Assembly: GCA_950097015.1 (NCBI GenBank)
Contig: CATNEN010000039.1
Span: forward strand, 8,060,001 to 8,124,000
Source: Macrostomum hystrix
Lineage: Eukaryota > Animalia > Platyhelminthes
DNA: 64,000 bases
Reading direction: 5' to 3'
A program made the translations under genes and the position numbers. This document shows positions 10,118 to 21,564 of this stretch, in pieces; position 1 is the first letter of the stretch; each line of letters opens with the position of its first letter. Below the pieces are notes generated by a model that ran no database searches, had not been told where the DNA came from, and saw only the letters and a list, made by a program, of their open reading frames with translations.

Positions 10118-12906
10118 GCTGCAGCACCGCCGCGGGTGGAGATCGAAGTCCTGGAGGGCGAGAGATGATGATGACAGCAAGCATGATGAGCAACAACTTT
10201 CAACCAGCCCATTGTCCCATGCATCTAGTTAGCGCGTGATCTGATATGACTATTATAACAATCTGAGTTGCGCCAATAATTAACAGTTTTATTGACTAAA
10301 TAAAAACGAGATAAAGCATTGCTGCAGGCCCAATGCAGTGCAGTTTCCAGTAATATTTGTCGCAGCTCGGCGTCTCATATAAAAATGTTACTATCTGCTT
10401 TTATTTGTCACGTGGGTTGCAGGCAAATTGGTACAGCCGCGGTAGAAATTTCCGTAACGTGCGTAGCAGTGAAAATCCTGTTCAAATTAAGATCACTTTA
10501 TTGCCATCGGTGCACTGTGATGTTACTGCATGTAATGATGCTATTAAGCTATTTATAGCGATCGAAATACAAAGCCGGACGCAAAGGACCGACGTTATTG
10601 TACACAGAACTGAAAAACGTAAAATTTAATGTAACTATCATTCAGCTAAATAATAAAATGTCTGACAACTTCTTGGAAGCTCTTCTAAGAAATAAAATTC
10701 TTAGAAGCTCGGGATGCTACATTTAACTTCAAAAGTATATACTGCTCGCCTTAGAAAGCGGCTAAGAAGCAGCTCTCCAAGCAGCCACTCGCCAAAGCCA
10801 GTTTCAAAGCAAGTGAACAAAGCAAGAAATATCTTGAACTATTATTCAAGAGGTATGCCCCAAGCTGTACAAATTTGCGTGTTAAGCAGTATTGGTTTTA
10901 GCATAAATCTAAGTTTATTTATGTATAGTCTCATGAATAAATGATTTTAGGGACTTTGAAAGTAGCAATTTTACAGCCAATCCAAGTAAGATCTATAGAA
11001 ATAATTAAAGTGGCCCTGCAGTGGGTACAATTTAATCTCAGCAGCACCCACGGCGACATCCGCCGGCTGTGAACTAAAAAATGAGTGCAATATATACCAG
11101 CCTCGAAGAATCACAATGCGTTTTTAAGCAGCAAAAATTCCGGTTGTATTCAGCTTACAAACGAAGGGAAAATTAAAGCTGAATTTATTTTGCATTGTAC
11201 ACCTTGAGGGTCATATTCATATTTTAAAAATTTGCCTAAAAGTACACATTTTTTGGCAGAATGTATATGTTCGTGCCAAAATAAACATCTCATTTGCTGC
11301 GAAAGTCTATTCTTCGGTCTTCATGCTTCCAGACGATCGTCTTCGTTGACTGAGTTCCAGCGAAGCCGTAACGAAGACTGACAGGTTATTCAAGCTTTCT
11401 ATACTATACCATACAATCGAATGATTTATACGCTTAAAGAATTTATTTGCTTTTGAAAAAAAGCTACTAACAAAAAGGGACGCGCGTCAAATATTTTATC
11501 TTGTCACTGTGCTTTTGTTTTAAACCTTTACTTTAAACTCCTTAATTTTTAATTTTGGTCGGCATGTACGCACATTGTCAACTTAATTTACAACAGTACA
11601 ACCATAACTTAACGCGGAAGAAATTGTAGGAAACAGACGAATTGCGTCGAGCAAAAGACGACATATAATTTTTTTCATGCATATATATCATGTTTACTCC
11701 AATTTCTTAATGCAGCATGATTAATCATTCCAAGAACAATAGAAAAGTATGTTGCATTGTGCTATGGGTGTTTCTGTCAAGACAAGACAAATGCAAAAGT
11801 GCACACTCATATATATACTATATATATTTAAAGTCATAAATATATTATTCTATACTCATTGTATTGAATCATTATTGTTTTCAGACTTGATGTTCACAAT
11901 AAAACTGTATTGTTTTAATTTGTTTGCTGTAAAAAGTAGGCCTGCTTAGATTTTAATTTAAATAGCTAATGGTGACATTTAGGACCTATCTTGTACTAAA
12001 AGCAACAGCCCTAATTCAATAAATGGCTAACAAAATATTACATTAAAAAATAAATTATGGTTATTAGAAATACTTTGATACTTTGATAGCTAGACTTTAA
12101 CATTTGATGGTAGGCCTAGACCTTGTGAAGCTATAATAGCTTATTGAATTTTTTAATAGTTAGGTGTGAGCCTATGTATGTTTGTAAATTAGTATTCAAC
12201 CAAACAATCTGAAATGATTAAGCAATTTTATATATTTCTGTAAATTTAGTAGTGTTTAAGCTCTGACTAGCTATATTTTTAGACTTTAGCAGTAGTTAAA
12301 TCTATAACTTTTTTGCTAGATTAGTGAGGCTTACTATACCATAGTCAGAATCATGCTGTGTGTGTCAGAAATGATAAAAACATTTCAGTGTTTGCCAGGT
12401 AGGTCCTACATAAAAATAGTGTTGCTAATTTATTCCTAAATTCATTTCACATTGTGTAATATGTGTGCACATGTTGTGGCATACTATTTAAAAAATTATT
12501 TTCTTTATACACAACAATATCATGAGTGTGGTTACAGCTTTTCTTTTAACTCAAGTTTGAGTTTTTTAAAACAATTATTTAAATTAATATTTTTCCTTGC
12601 TATTCAATGTAAGCATATGTTAGAATTTTACAATGCTAGTTCAGCATAACTAAAGGATCTCAGAAAAGTTTTTTTCTCATTAAAATTGGCATATCTTAAT
12701 ATTATTAAGAACTATGAATGCTTTTTTAGATAACTTTAACATATAACAGATGACAGAAATTTTCATAATCCATATTCTGTTTACTGTAAGTTTATATTCA
12801 GTCAATCAAATATAATTTTTTGTCTGTGTTTTTGTGTTTAAAGAAATAAGAGAGCCATGTTGTTATTAGAAGCTTTCAGCTGATGTATCTTTCAGTTGAG
12901 TGAAAA

Positions 12907-15900
12907 ATGAGGCGACAAAGACAATTTCGCACATCAGTGTCACAATTTGCCCCAAGCCAATTGTTGACAAACAAGCGCAATGGCACCACTTACCGTCGGC
13001 TTCACCTGATTGGTCGGGGTGCCTCATCCAAATGCTTCGCTGTGCTGCCCCTATTGGCTAGCAGCCGGACAGTGCGATTGCGCCAGCTGGCCTGCAAAGC
13101 CGTGCCCAAGAGCCTGCTGGCTGAGCGACCGGAGGCTGCGGCCCGGCTAGCCTGCGAAATTCGGCTGCACTCCAGTCTACCCAGGCACCAGCGAGTGCTT
13201 CGACTTTTGGACTGGTTTGAAGACTCGGCAGGCGTCTACCTGTTGACAAGACTGTGCTCCAGGCATACAGTGCAGGTGAGTTGTATGGCTTGCTTTAGGT
13301 TCATACTGCATGGGGTTTAATAGATAGAAGAGTTTATCTATGGGGGTAAGTGGCAGAGCGGTTAACGCATTTCCCTCTCGCACCAATGTCCCTGAGCTCG
13401 ATTCAGCGGCGAGGCCACATTCATTTGGGGCGCAGTCGCAGAGAGAAGGTTTGGGGGCTTGTCGTGCAATTTACGCACTTGAGGGCCAACCACCAAGGCA
13501 CAGTGAAATGTACACTGCCTGACGATGAGAAAGTCAGGGCAGATGTACACACTGTGTGAGCTTATGCCTGCGTACAGTATCTGTGTGCGTGTGTGCTCAG
13601 TAGTCAGCGAAATGGGCAGAATTGCCTCCTGGCTGGCTGCGGGTCTAGTGTCACAAAATGATGAGCCATTGCCCGCAGCCCTCCTGCAATTATTATTATT
13701 TTTTGTTTTGGGTTTATTGATCCAAGGATGACTAATAAATCCAAGAAGGATATCGATCCAAGAAGAATTTATCGATCCAAGAAGAGTTTATCGATCCAAG
13801 AAGAATTTATCGATCCAAGAAGAGTTTATCGATCCAAGAAGAATTTATCGATCCAAGAAGGGTTTGTTGACTCATGAAGGTTTTATCGATCCAAGAATAT
13901 TTTTTTTTCAAGAAAAGTTTATCGATCAAAGAAATATATAATCCAAGAAGGATCTTGTAATCTAGGAAGTATATGTTGATCCAAGAACGATAGTTTATCC
14001 GCATAGCTTGCCACAATTCATTCCAGGACGTAGTCTCATTGCGCGGCTCGCTCACTGAGCCAGAGACCCAGTTCTACCTGCGTCAATTATTCGACGGTTG
14101 TCGCCACCTGCACGACCGCTGCGGCATCGCGCACCGGGACCTGAAGCCGAGCAATCTGCTCCTGACCGACCGGATGCGGCTTCTCATCGCTGACTTCGGT
14201 TTCGCCTGTCGGCCAGACAACGAGGCGGACTGTCGCATCGTGTGCGGCACCCTGGCCTACATGGCGCCGGAGGTCTTACCCAACGGCTGCGGGTACGCGC
14301 ATGGCAACGGCGACTCCGGGCGACTCTTCGCCGCTGACATCTGGTCTATTGGCTGCGTTATGTACACCCTGATTACTGGCGATGTGCCTTTCAGAGGCTC
14401 CGATGCTATGGAGGTCAGCAATTAGAAGCTAAGGATTTCGAATTCGTAATCTATAATCCTAGATTCTAGATCCCTAGTCTCTAATCCTTGATTCTAGATC
14501 CCTAGTCTATAATCCTAGATTCTAAATCCATGTTCTGTAATCCTACATTCTAGATCCCTGTTTTATAATCCTACATTCTATAATAGATCCCTAGTTTCCC
14601 TATTCGCCTTCCACAGACCAGCAGCCTTAATCTTCGCCTTCCCAAGAAGAAGAATAATAAATTGCCGGAGGGCTGGGGGTAACGGCACATCATTTAGTGC
14701 AGGTATACGCTCACACAGGTGTGTACATCTGCCCTGAATTTCTCATCGTCATGCAGTGTACATTTCACTGTGCCTTTGAGGTTGGCCCTCAAGGGCGTAA
14801 ATTGCACGACAAGCCCCCAAACCTTCTCTCCGCGGCTGCGCCCCAAATGAATGTGGCCTCGCCGCTGAATCGAGCTTAGGGACATTGGTGCGAGAGGCAA
14901 ACACGTTAACCGACCCCCGCGCCTTCCCCAGACCTGCAGCCTGATCCGAGCCGGAGATCTCAGTCTGCAGCTGTTGAATCTGTCGCCCCTGGCTGGCCGT
15001 TTCATTTCGCGCCTCCTGTCTGTGAGCCCGACTGCTCGTCCGTCAGCCGCCGATGTGGCCAGCTTTGTCGACGCCGACGCGGCCGCCTATCTTCGTAACT
15101 GCTTGCCGCTGCTGCGCTGCCTCCCAGCCTCGGCCTTGTCCTGCCCGCCTCTGTTCGCCGCCAGCAGCCGCAGTTTCGGGTTCGGCTGCGCCGACGACTT
15201 CGATGTGTCCGTAGCCGGCTGTCGGGCACTGTCGCGGCTGTTGCAGAATTTGCTCGACGCTGCCGATGCTGCCGATCTCGAAGCCAAGTCTGATGGTGAG
15301 TTGCTGATTCGCAGTCTCGCTCGCGTAAAGGTTACAAAGTTAGAAAAACAATTCGATTCAACAGCTCGCACAGCTCCCGACTTGGACTCGCTAATCGACC
15401 CACGGCCGCTGCCACCGCCCGTCTGGGTCAGCCGCTGGGTCAACTGTGTCTCAGCCGGCATCGGGCTCGGCTACCAGCTGCCGGACGGCTCCGTTGGCGC
15501 GGTCTTTAACGATGGCTGTCGGGCTTTGCAGTCCCCAACGGCTTCGGCGAACTTCTATGGCCCAAACTGCGACAGGAAGCGCCGCAGAAAGCTGCGTCTG
15601 CTAGGCCTGTTTCGCAACTACCTGGAACACAATCTGGCGTCCGCCGCTGAAGCCATTCGCCTAGAGAAACTGGACGATGATGTCAAAGAGGCTGACGAGG
15701 TCGACGAAGTTGACGACGAAGCCACGCTGCCTAGACCAACCATGGTGACGAGTTGGCTGCGGAGTCGGCGTAGCATGACCTTCTGCATGAGCGACGGAGT
15801 CCTGCAGGTGAGGAATGAAGGACACTGGGGGTAGAGGGTCTTGAACATGAAAAGAGAATTAACGATTACAAAAAATGTAAAGATTTAGTAAAAACGGCCC

Positions 15901-16240
15901 TATATTGGACGCGCAAATTTAATGACAGAATTTCAATCTTAAGGGTCATGAGATCAGTGCCTGTATTTCTGGTTAACAGATTAACGACCTGTCGGAGCAC
16001 ACCAAGCTGATCCTTTGCCCCCAGTCTGAGACCGTCTGTCTAATCCAACCGCCTGGGTCGCCGCCTCCTCTCGTGCGGACACTCTTAATCAGAGAGCTGA
16101 AGTTGACGGGCTGCTGCGAACGGCCCGACAGTTTCGACTATCGGCTGCGCTGCCTGCTGGCCAGAGCTGAAGAGACGGCCAGGATTATGACCAGTAGGAT
16201 GCTGGCCAATCGGCGAAGTGGTTTCAATCGAGAGCGCTGA
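12907..16240 (+). CDS. Divergent Polo-like kinase; exons 12907-13275, 14027-14413, 14932-15807, 15980-16240
   Basis: Kinase motifs GRGASSKCF, LACK, HRDLKPSN, DFG and CGTLAYMAPE. Polo boxes WVSRWV..GLGYQL.DGSVG.VFND and QIN...HTKLILCP. All junctions are phase 0. Confidence 0.92.
13342..13700 (+). mobile_element. tRNA-derived SINE, family A, full length
   Basis: A-box TGGCAGAGCGG, B-box-like GCTCGATTC, (TTA)n tail; about 12 related copies or fragments in the window. Confidence 0.85.
13735..13990. repeat. ~19-bp tandem repeat TTTATCGATCCAAGAAGA
   Basis: Visible array in PLK intron 1. Confidence 0.9.
14644..14918 (-). mobile_element. SINE family A copy in PLK intron 2
   Basis: Reverse-complement match to 13342-13700; flanked by a CGCCTTCCC direct repeat. 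Confidence 0.85.
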
Positions 16241-16959
16241 TTGGTTGATGCGGATAGAAAAATACTATGTCAAATCCCATTGTCATATTTCTCACAGATC
16301 AAGATCCCACTCTCAGATCCTATTTAAAATAATCAAGATCCCCGTTCTTGGATCCTATTCTCAAGATTCCAATAATCTTGAATATTACCTACTCAAGTCC
16401 ATCCGCAATAAGTTTTAGGTCCCATTTTTTGTAAAAAATGTTTGGATTGAATTTCAGAAAGAAAAAGTATTGTTTTTTTGACGATATTCTTGTGCTTATA
16501 GTTCGTTGTTGCATTTTCTTTTTCAAAAACTTTCAGTTTCTATATTTTTTGTTATACTTGTTATGTTTCTTTTTGCTAAAAGCTTTTTTTTGCAATATGT
16601 TTTTTTTCTTCTTTGATTTTACCTTAGCCCTGAGAATCTGGGCTTGTAGCAGCTTATTAGTCACCTGAGAATTAGGGACAGCTAATTAGTTATCTGAGAA
16701 TCCAGAGATAGATAATTAGTCACCTGAGAATCCAGGGATAGCTAATTAGTCACCTGAGAATGAGGGACAGCTAATTAGTCATCTGAGAATCCAGGGATAG
16801 CTAATTAGTTACCTGATAATGAGGGACAGCTAATTAGTGACCTAAGAATGAGGCACAGTTGTTGCTTTTGAACCACTAGAATATTATAGCTAATGCTTGC
16901 CTAATCACCCTTAAGCCAGTGATTACAATAGCATAAAATTTGCTACAACTTCTGCAGAC

Positions 16960-19900
16960 ATGTCAAATACGGCAATAATGCACCAACCGAGTAGCCTGGC
17001 GACATTGTGCTGCAGCTTCATTGGTCCCAGACTGCACCAGGTTGAGTCGCTCATGCTGGTGCCGGATCACCTCGGCTTTGACATGCTTCGACAATTCTGC
17101 GAGGCCGCATCAGTGAGACAGCTTCGCGGCGCTAATGATACAGACAGTCGACTTGCACAAGTTTGTCGCATAATGGACGAAGCATTTTCTGAGAGTTTTT
17201 GCACTTGCCTGTGCCTAGATGGGGTCCAGTTGGCCGATGCCAACTCACCAGTTTGTCAGCGGCTGCTGCTGACATTGCCGCTGATGCGCTGGCTGCGCAG
17301 GCTGTCGCTTCGAGGAACTCAACTATGGGACGGACATTCTCTGGTGCCGGTGATTGCCGGGGCCAAGCGGTAAGGGTTCACAAATCGAGTCACGAGCCTT
17401 CAAAACCAAAACATAAGCAGAACTTTGAAAACGGGACAAATGCGAAAAAACAAAGAACAGAGTACAACTCACAACACACCCATTTAAACCAGTCTTCGCT
17501 ACCTGGACGTGTCTAACAATGTGCTGACCTCGGAAGGTGTCCGCAAGCTCACCGCGCCAGCCAGGTACCGACAGATTAACCAGCTGGTATTTCTCTTGCT
17601 CGCTGGTGAGTTCTCTAGCTTCGAAGCTTCAACTTCGGAGCTTTTCCAAATTACATCCGAATTAAATTTTGGGTAAAAAACTGGACACTCCTAGGTGTTG
17701 TGTAAAGGACTTCTTGGACTAGCCTTTTGCTTGGCTAATTATAAAGAATTTGTCACAGATGAGTTTTCTTTTACTAATTTAACATTGTTAATTTAATTTA
17801 TAGTCAGGCTTTAGTACTCTTAATATATTCTATTTAAAAGCCCACTCCACACGTTTTTGCGTGTCCCGCGCAGAAGACTTTTAGCCGCCAACGTAACATG
17901 GGACCAAAGGCAGACAGAACAAAGCAAACAATTTTAAAAACACTTAACTAAAAAAGACACAACCTAATTATAGGCTATGGCCATAGGGCTGCTAGCTAAA
18001 TAATATTTAAAAAGCCATGATTCTTAGGCCTATCAGTTGTCAAAAAGCCAATTTACTAACTAAAACTAGGATATACAGAACTGATGGGAAGACAGGATAT
18101 GTGCCCTGTGTACTTGCCCCCTAAATCTGCCCTTGACTACACATGTACATGATGTGACGTTGCTACGCAGCGTGCATCCGCTCCGTTGATGTGACCCTGT
18201 GAGTTCGACTGCAGCTCCTGCCGTGGTCCGCTTAATGTTCCACGACTCCTCCATGTAGTTTTATAGCTCGTATGTTGCTGGTTTCTCGCTTTAAAGTTTT
18301 GATAATTAAGTTTTTCTACTGTTACTGCAATTAGAAGTCAACGAACATCGTATTGTCCGTAAGATGTTTTCGCTAATGTATCAATATTATTTTCCTCCAG
18401 CCAATGAGCGTGCGAGCTCTGCAATGGTTAGAATTATCGATCGCCCTGCTTTTTAGTTTGTCTAGCCTATTTAACAAGGCCCCCTGGGCCCGCTCGCGCT
18501 CCAACCCGGCCCTCCACTCTGTCACTGCCTTTGTCCCGGCCACTGTCACTGTTCACTTGCACTGTTTGTCAGCGGCAAAGATGCAGGCCACAAAATATAT
18601 ACACCATGCTATGTAGGCATATATATATATCTAATTAGGCTATATACCATAAGGCTAAGCAAAACTATATAAACATCTCAGATGATGTCGCGGTTGTGAT
18701 GAATATTTTGAGTGCCTGCCAACCACTCCAGGGCCATCCTTTATGTGAAGGCTACAGGCTAGTGTAACGCAGTGTACACTTGGCGGTCCCTCTCTGCAGT
18801 GTATCGTAGACGTGGGGTTAAATATTGTTTACATAATATCTGTTATTCCATATCTATTTCTTACCAATTGTCTTATTCTAAAACGTTATACAGTAGTGAC
18901 TATATTAATAATATAGACGCAAATTAACTTTCTAATTCAACTTGAACATAGCATTGAGCAAATTGATACTAATTTAAAAGCACTTTTTGCTAAACGGACA
19001 AAAGAAAACACAGATATTTTCTGAACAGCCCTCTTTCTTTTTATGCGATTCCTTGATTATATTTGAAAATTTGTGCCAATGCTGCAGTTATTACCTGTAG
19101 AGTTTGTTTTAGTTTTGCTAATAAATTTGGCAATATGGCACTATGTCCTACTTCCAACAAGTTGGCACTAAAATGGCACTACATGGCGGCTATAAGATTT
19201 CTGTGCGGGTGGGAGCCGATTGGCTGGCTCACTCCTAGGTCTGACAGTGTGAGTTTTGTGTCCGCGAACCCCCTACCGCGGATTGGCTGGCGTGGCGAGT
19301 TTTTAGGCCGTTTTAGACCCGTCTCTCTACCCCAGTTCGCCCGTGGATTTTAAGCCGCCTCCCCTTAATTAGCGCCTGACTTTCTAATAAACAATCTGAT
19401 AAACAAACGCAACATCATTCTCACCGTTAGGTAACCGTTATCTATCATCATCCTGTCTCAAGTTTCTGTCTCAGGCCGAGTCTTTGAAGCTGGTGTCAAT
19501 AAATGCCAGTCTGTTCTCTGACCAGGTATGTTGTTTACAATAATAACTACCCTATATCGTGATAGGTTCGACTTTGCGTCGATCAATGGAAATTTCCTTA
19601 TAACTTTTTAACTAGTTTAACGACCAATCAGCGAAGGCCTGTCGAGCTGAGTTCTGCTCGAAATTTGCACCCTGTGGCAGTCCTTCAGCGTACAGCTCGA
19701 CCCAGTGCAACTGCTGGGCTGTTGTATGTGGCATAATTCCAAACACTGGATGCACGGATGGTATGTGGCTTTACTGATGGAGCCAGTACCTTTGCTATCT
19801 AATAAAGTTTATCGTGTGGTAGCTCAATGATGTTAGAAACAAAGACTCTGGTTACTTAATCACCTGAGGATCAGGATGGTGCCAGCTAATAAGCTAATTA

Positions 19901-21564
19901 GTCATCTGAGAATCGGGGATAGTTGCAGCTAATTAGTCACCTGAGAATCGGGGATAGTTGCAGCTAATTAGTCACCTGAGAATCAGGCATAGTTGCAGCT
20001 ATTTAGTCGCCTGAGAATCGTGGATAGTTGTAGCTAATTAGTCACCTGAGAATCAGGGATTGTTGCAGCTAATTAGTCACCTGACAATCAGGGATAGTTG
20101 CAGCTAATTAGTCACCTGAGAATCAGGGATAGTTGCAGCTAATTAGTCACCTGAGAATCAGGGATTGTTGCAGCTAATTAGTCACCTGACAGTCAGGGAT
20201 AGTTGCAGCTAATTAGTCACCTGAGAATCAGGGATAGTTGCAGCTGATTAGTCACCTGAGAATCGTGGATAGTTGCAGCTAATTAGTCACCTGAGAATCA
20301 GGGATTGTTGCAGCTAATTAGTCACCTGAGAATCAGGGATAGTTGCAGCTAATTAGTCACCTGAGAATCAGGGATAGTTGCAGCTAATTAGTCACCTGAG
20401 AATCAGGGATAGTTGCAGCTAATTAGTCACCTGAGAATCAGGGATTGTTGCAGCTAATTAGTCACCTGAGAATCAGGGATTGTTGCAGCTAATTAGTCAC
20501 CTGAGAATCAGGGATAGTTGCAGCTAATTAGTCACCTGAGAATCAGGGATAGTTGCAGCTAATTAGCCACCTGAGAATCAGGGATTGTTGCAGCTAATTA
20601 GTCACCTGAGAATCAGGAATAGTTGCAGCTAATTAGTCACCTGAGAATCAGGGATTGTTGCAGCTAATTAGTCACCTGAGAATCAGGGATAGTTGCAGCT
20701 AATTAGTCACCTGAGAATCAGGGATAGTTGCAGCTAATTAGCCACCTGAGAATCAGGGATTGTTGCAGCTAATTAGTCACCTGAGAATCAGGGATAGTTG
20801 CAGCTAATTAGCCACCTGAGAATCAGGGATTGTTGCAGCTAATTAGTCACCTGAGAATCAGGGATTGTTGCAGCTAATTAGTCACCTGAGAATCAGGGAT
20901 AGTTGCAGCTAATTAGTCACCTGAGAATCAGGGATTGTTGCAGCTAATTAGTCACCTGAGAATCAGGGATAGTTGCAGCTAATTAGTCACCTGAGAATCA
21001 GGGATAGTTGCAGCTAATTAGCCACTGAGAATCAGGGATTGTTGCAGCTAATTAGTCACCTGAGAATCAGGAATAGTTGCAGCTAATTAGTCACCTGAGA
21101 ATCAGGGATTGTTGCAGCTAATTAGTCACCTGAGAATCGTGGATAGTTGCAGATAATTAGTCACCTGAGAATCGTGGATAGTTGTAGCTAATTAGTCACC
21201 TGAGAATCAGGGATTGTTGCAGCTAATTAGTCACCTGAGAATCAGGGATTGTTGCAGCTAATTAGTCACCTGAGAATCAGGGATTGTTGCAGCTAATTAG
21301 TCACCTAAGAATCAGGGATTGTTGCAGCTAATTAGTCACCTGAGAATCAGGGATTGTTGCAGCTAATTAGTCACCTGAGAATCAGGGATAGTTGCAGCTA
21401 ATTAGTCACCTGAGCATCAGGTAGCTGACCGAAGTACTTCGATGCAGTTGATTAATGAAATATTTTTTATATGCACATTTTCAGATAAATCAAATGCTGC
21501 ACCGTTAAACCAAGGTGAAGCATCCTCCTTACTGTTCAAGCGAATCGATATCTGTCAGTTTTAA
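16960..21564 (+). CDS. LRRC42: Leucine-rich repeat protein 42; exons 16960-17369, 17493-17605, 19431-19525, 19616-19760, 21485-21564
   Basis: LRYLDVSNNVLTSEGVRKLTAP resembles LRRC42 (LSDAGVRKMTAP). Splice phases are consistent; the last two exons are less certain. Confidence 0.72.
19855..21420. repeat. 35-bp minisatellite GCAGCTAATTAGTCACCTGAGAATCAGGGATAGTT (related degenerate array at 16650-16860)
   Basis: More than 40 tandem copies. Confidence 0.97.

Noticed and set aside
13342-13420. tRNA gene
   Set aside because: A/B boxes belong to a SINE head followed by a ~280-nt body; no complete cloverleaf.
13340-13731. Recurrent ORFs with the peptide RRGHIHLGRSR (also 14694, 35109, 40903, 49259)
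   Set aside because: Incidental translations of SINE family A, not a gene family.
17660-19380. Possible transposon or nested gene in LRRC42 intron 2
   Set aside because: No terminal repeats, TSD or convincing coding frame identifiable by eye.
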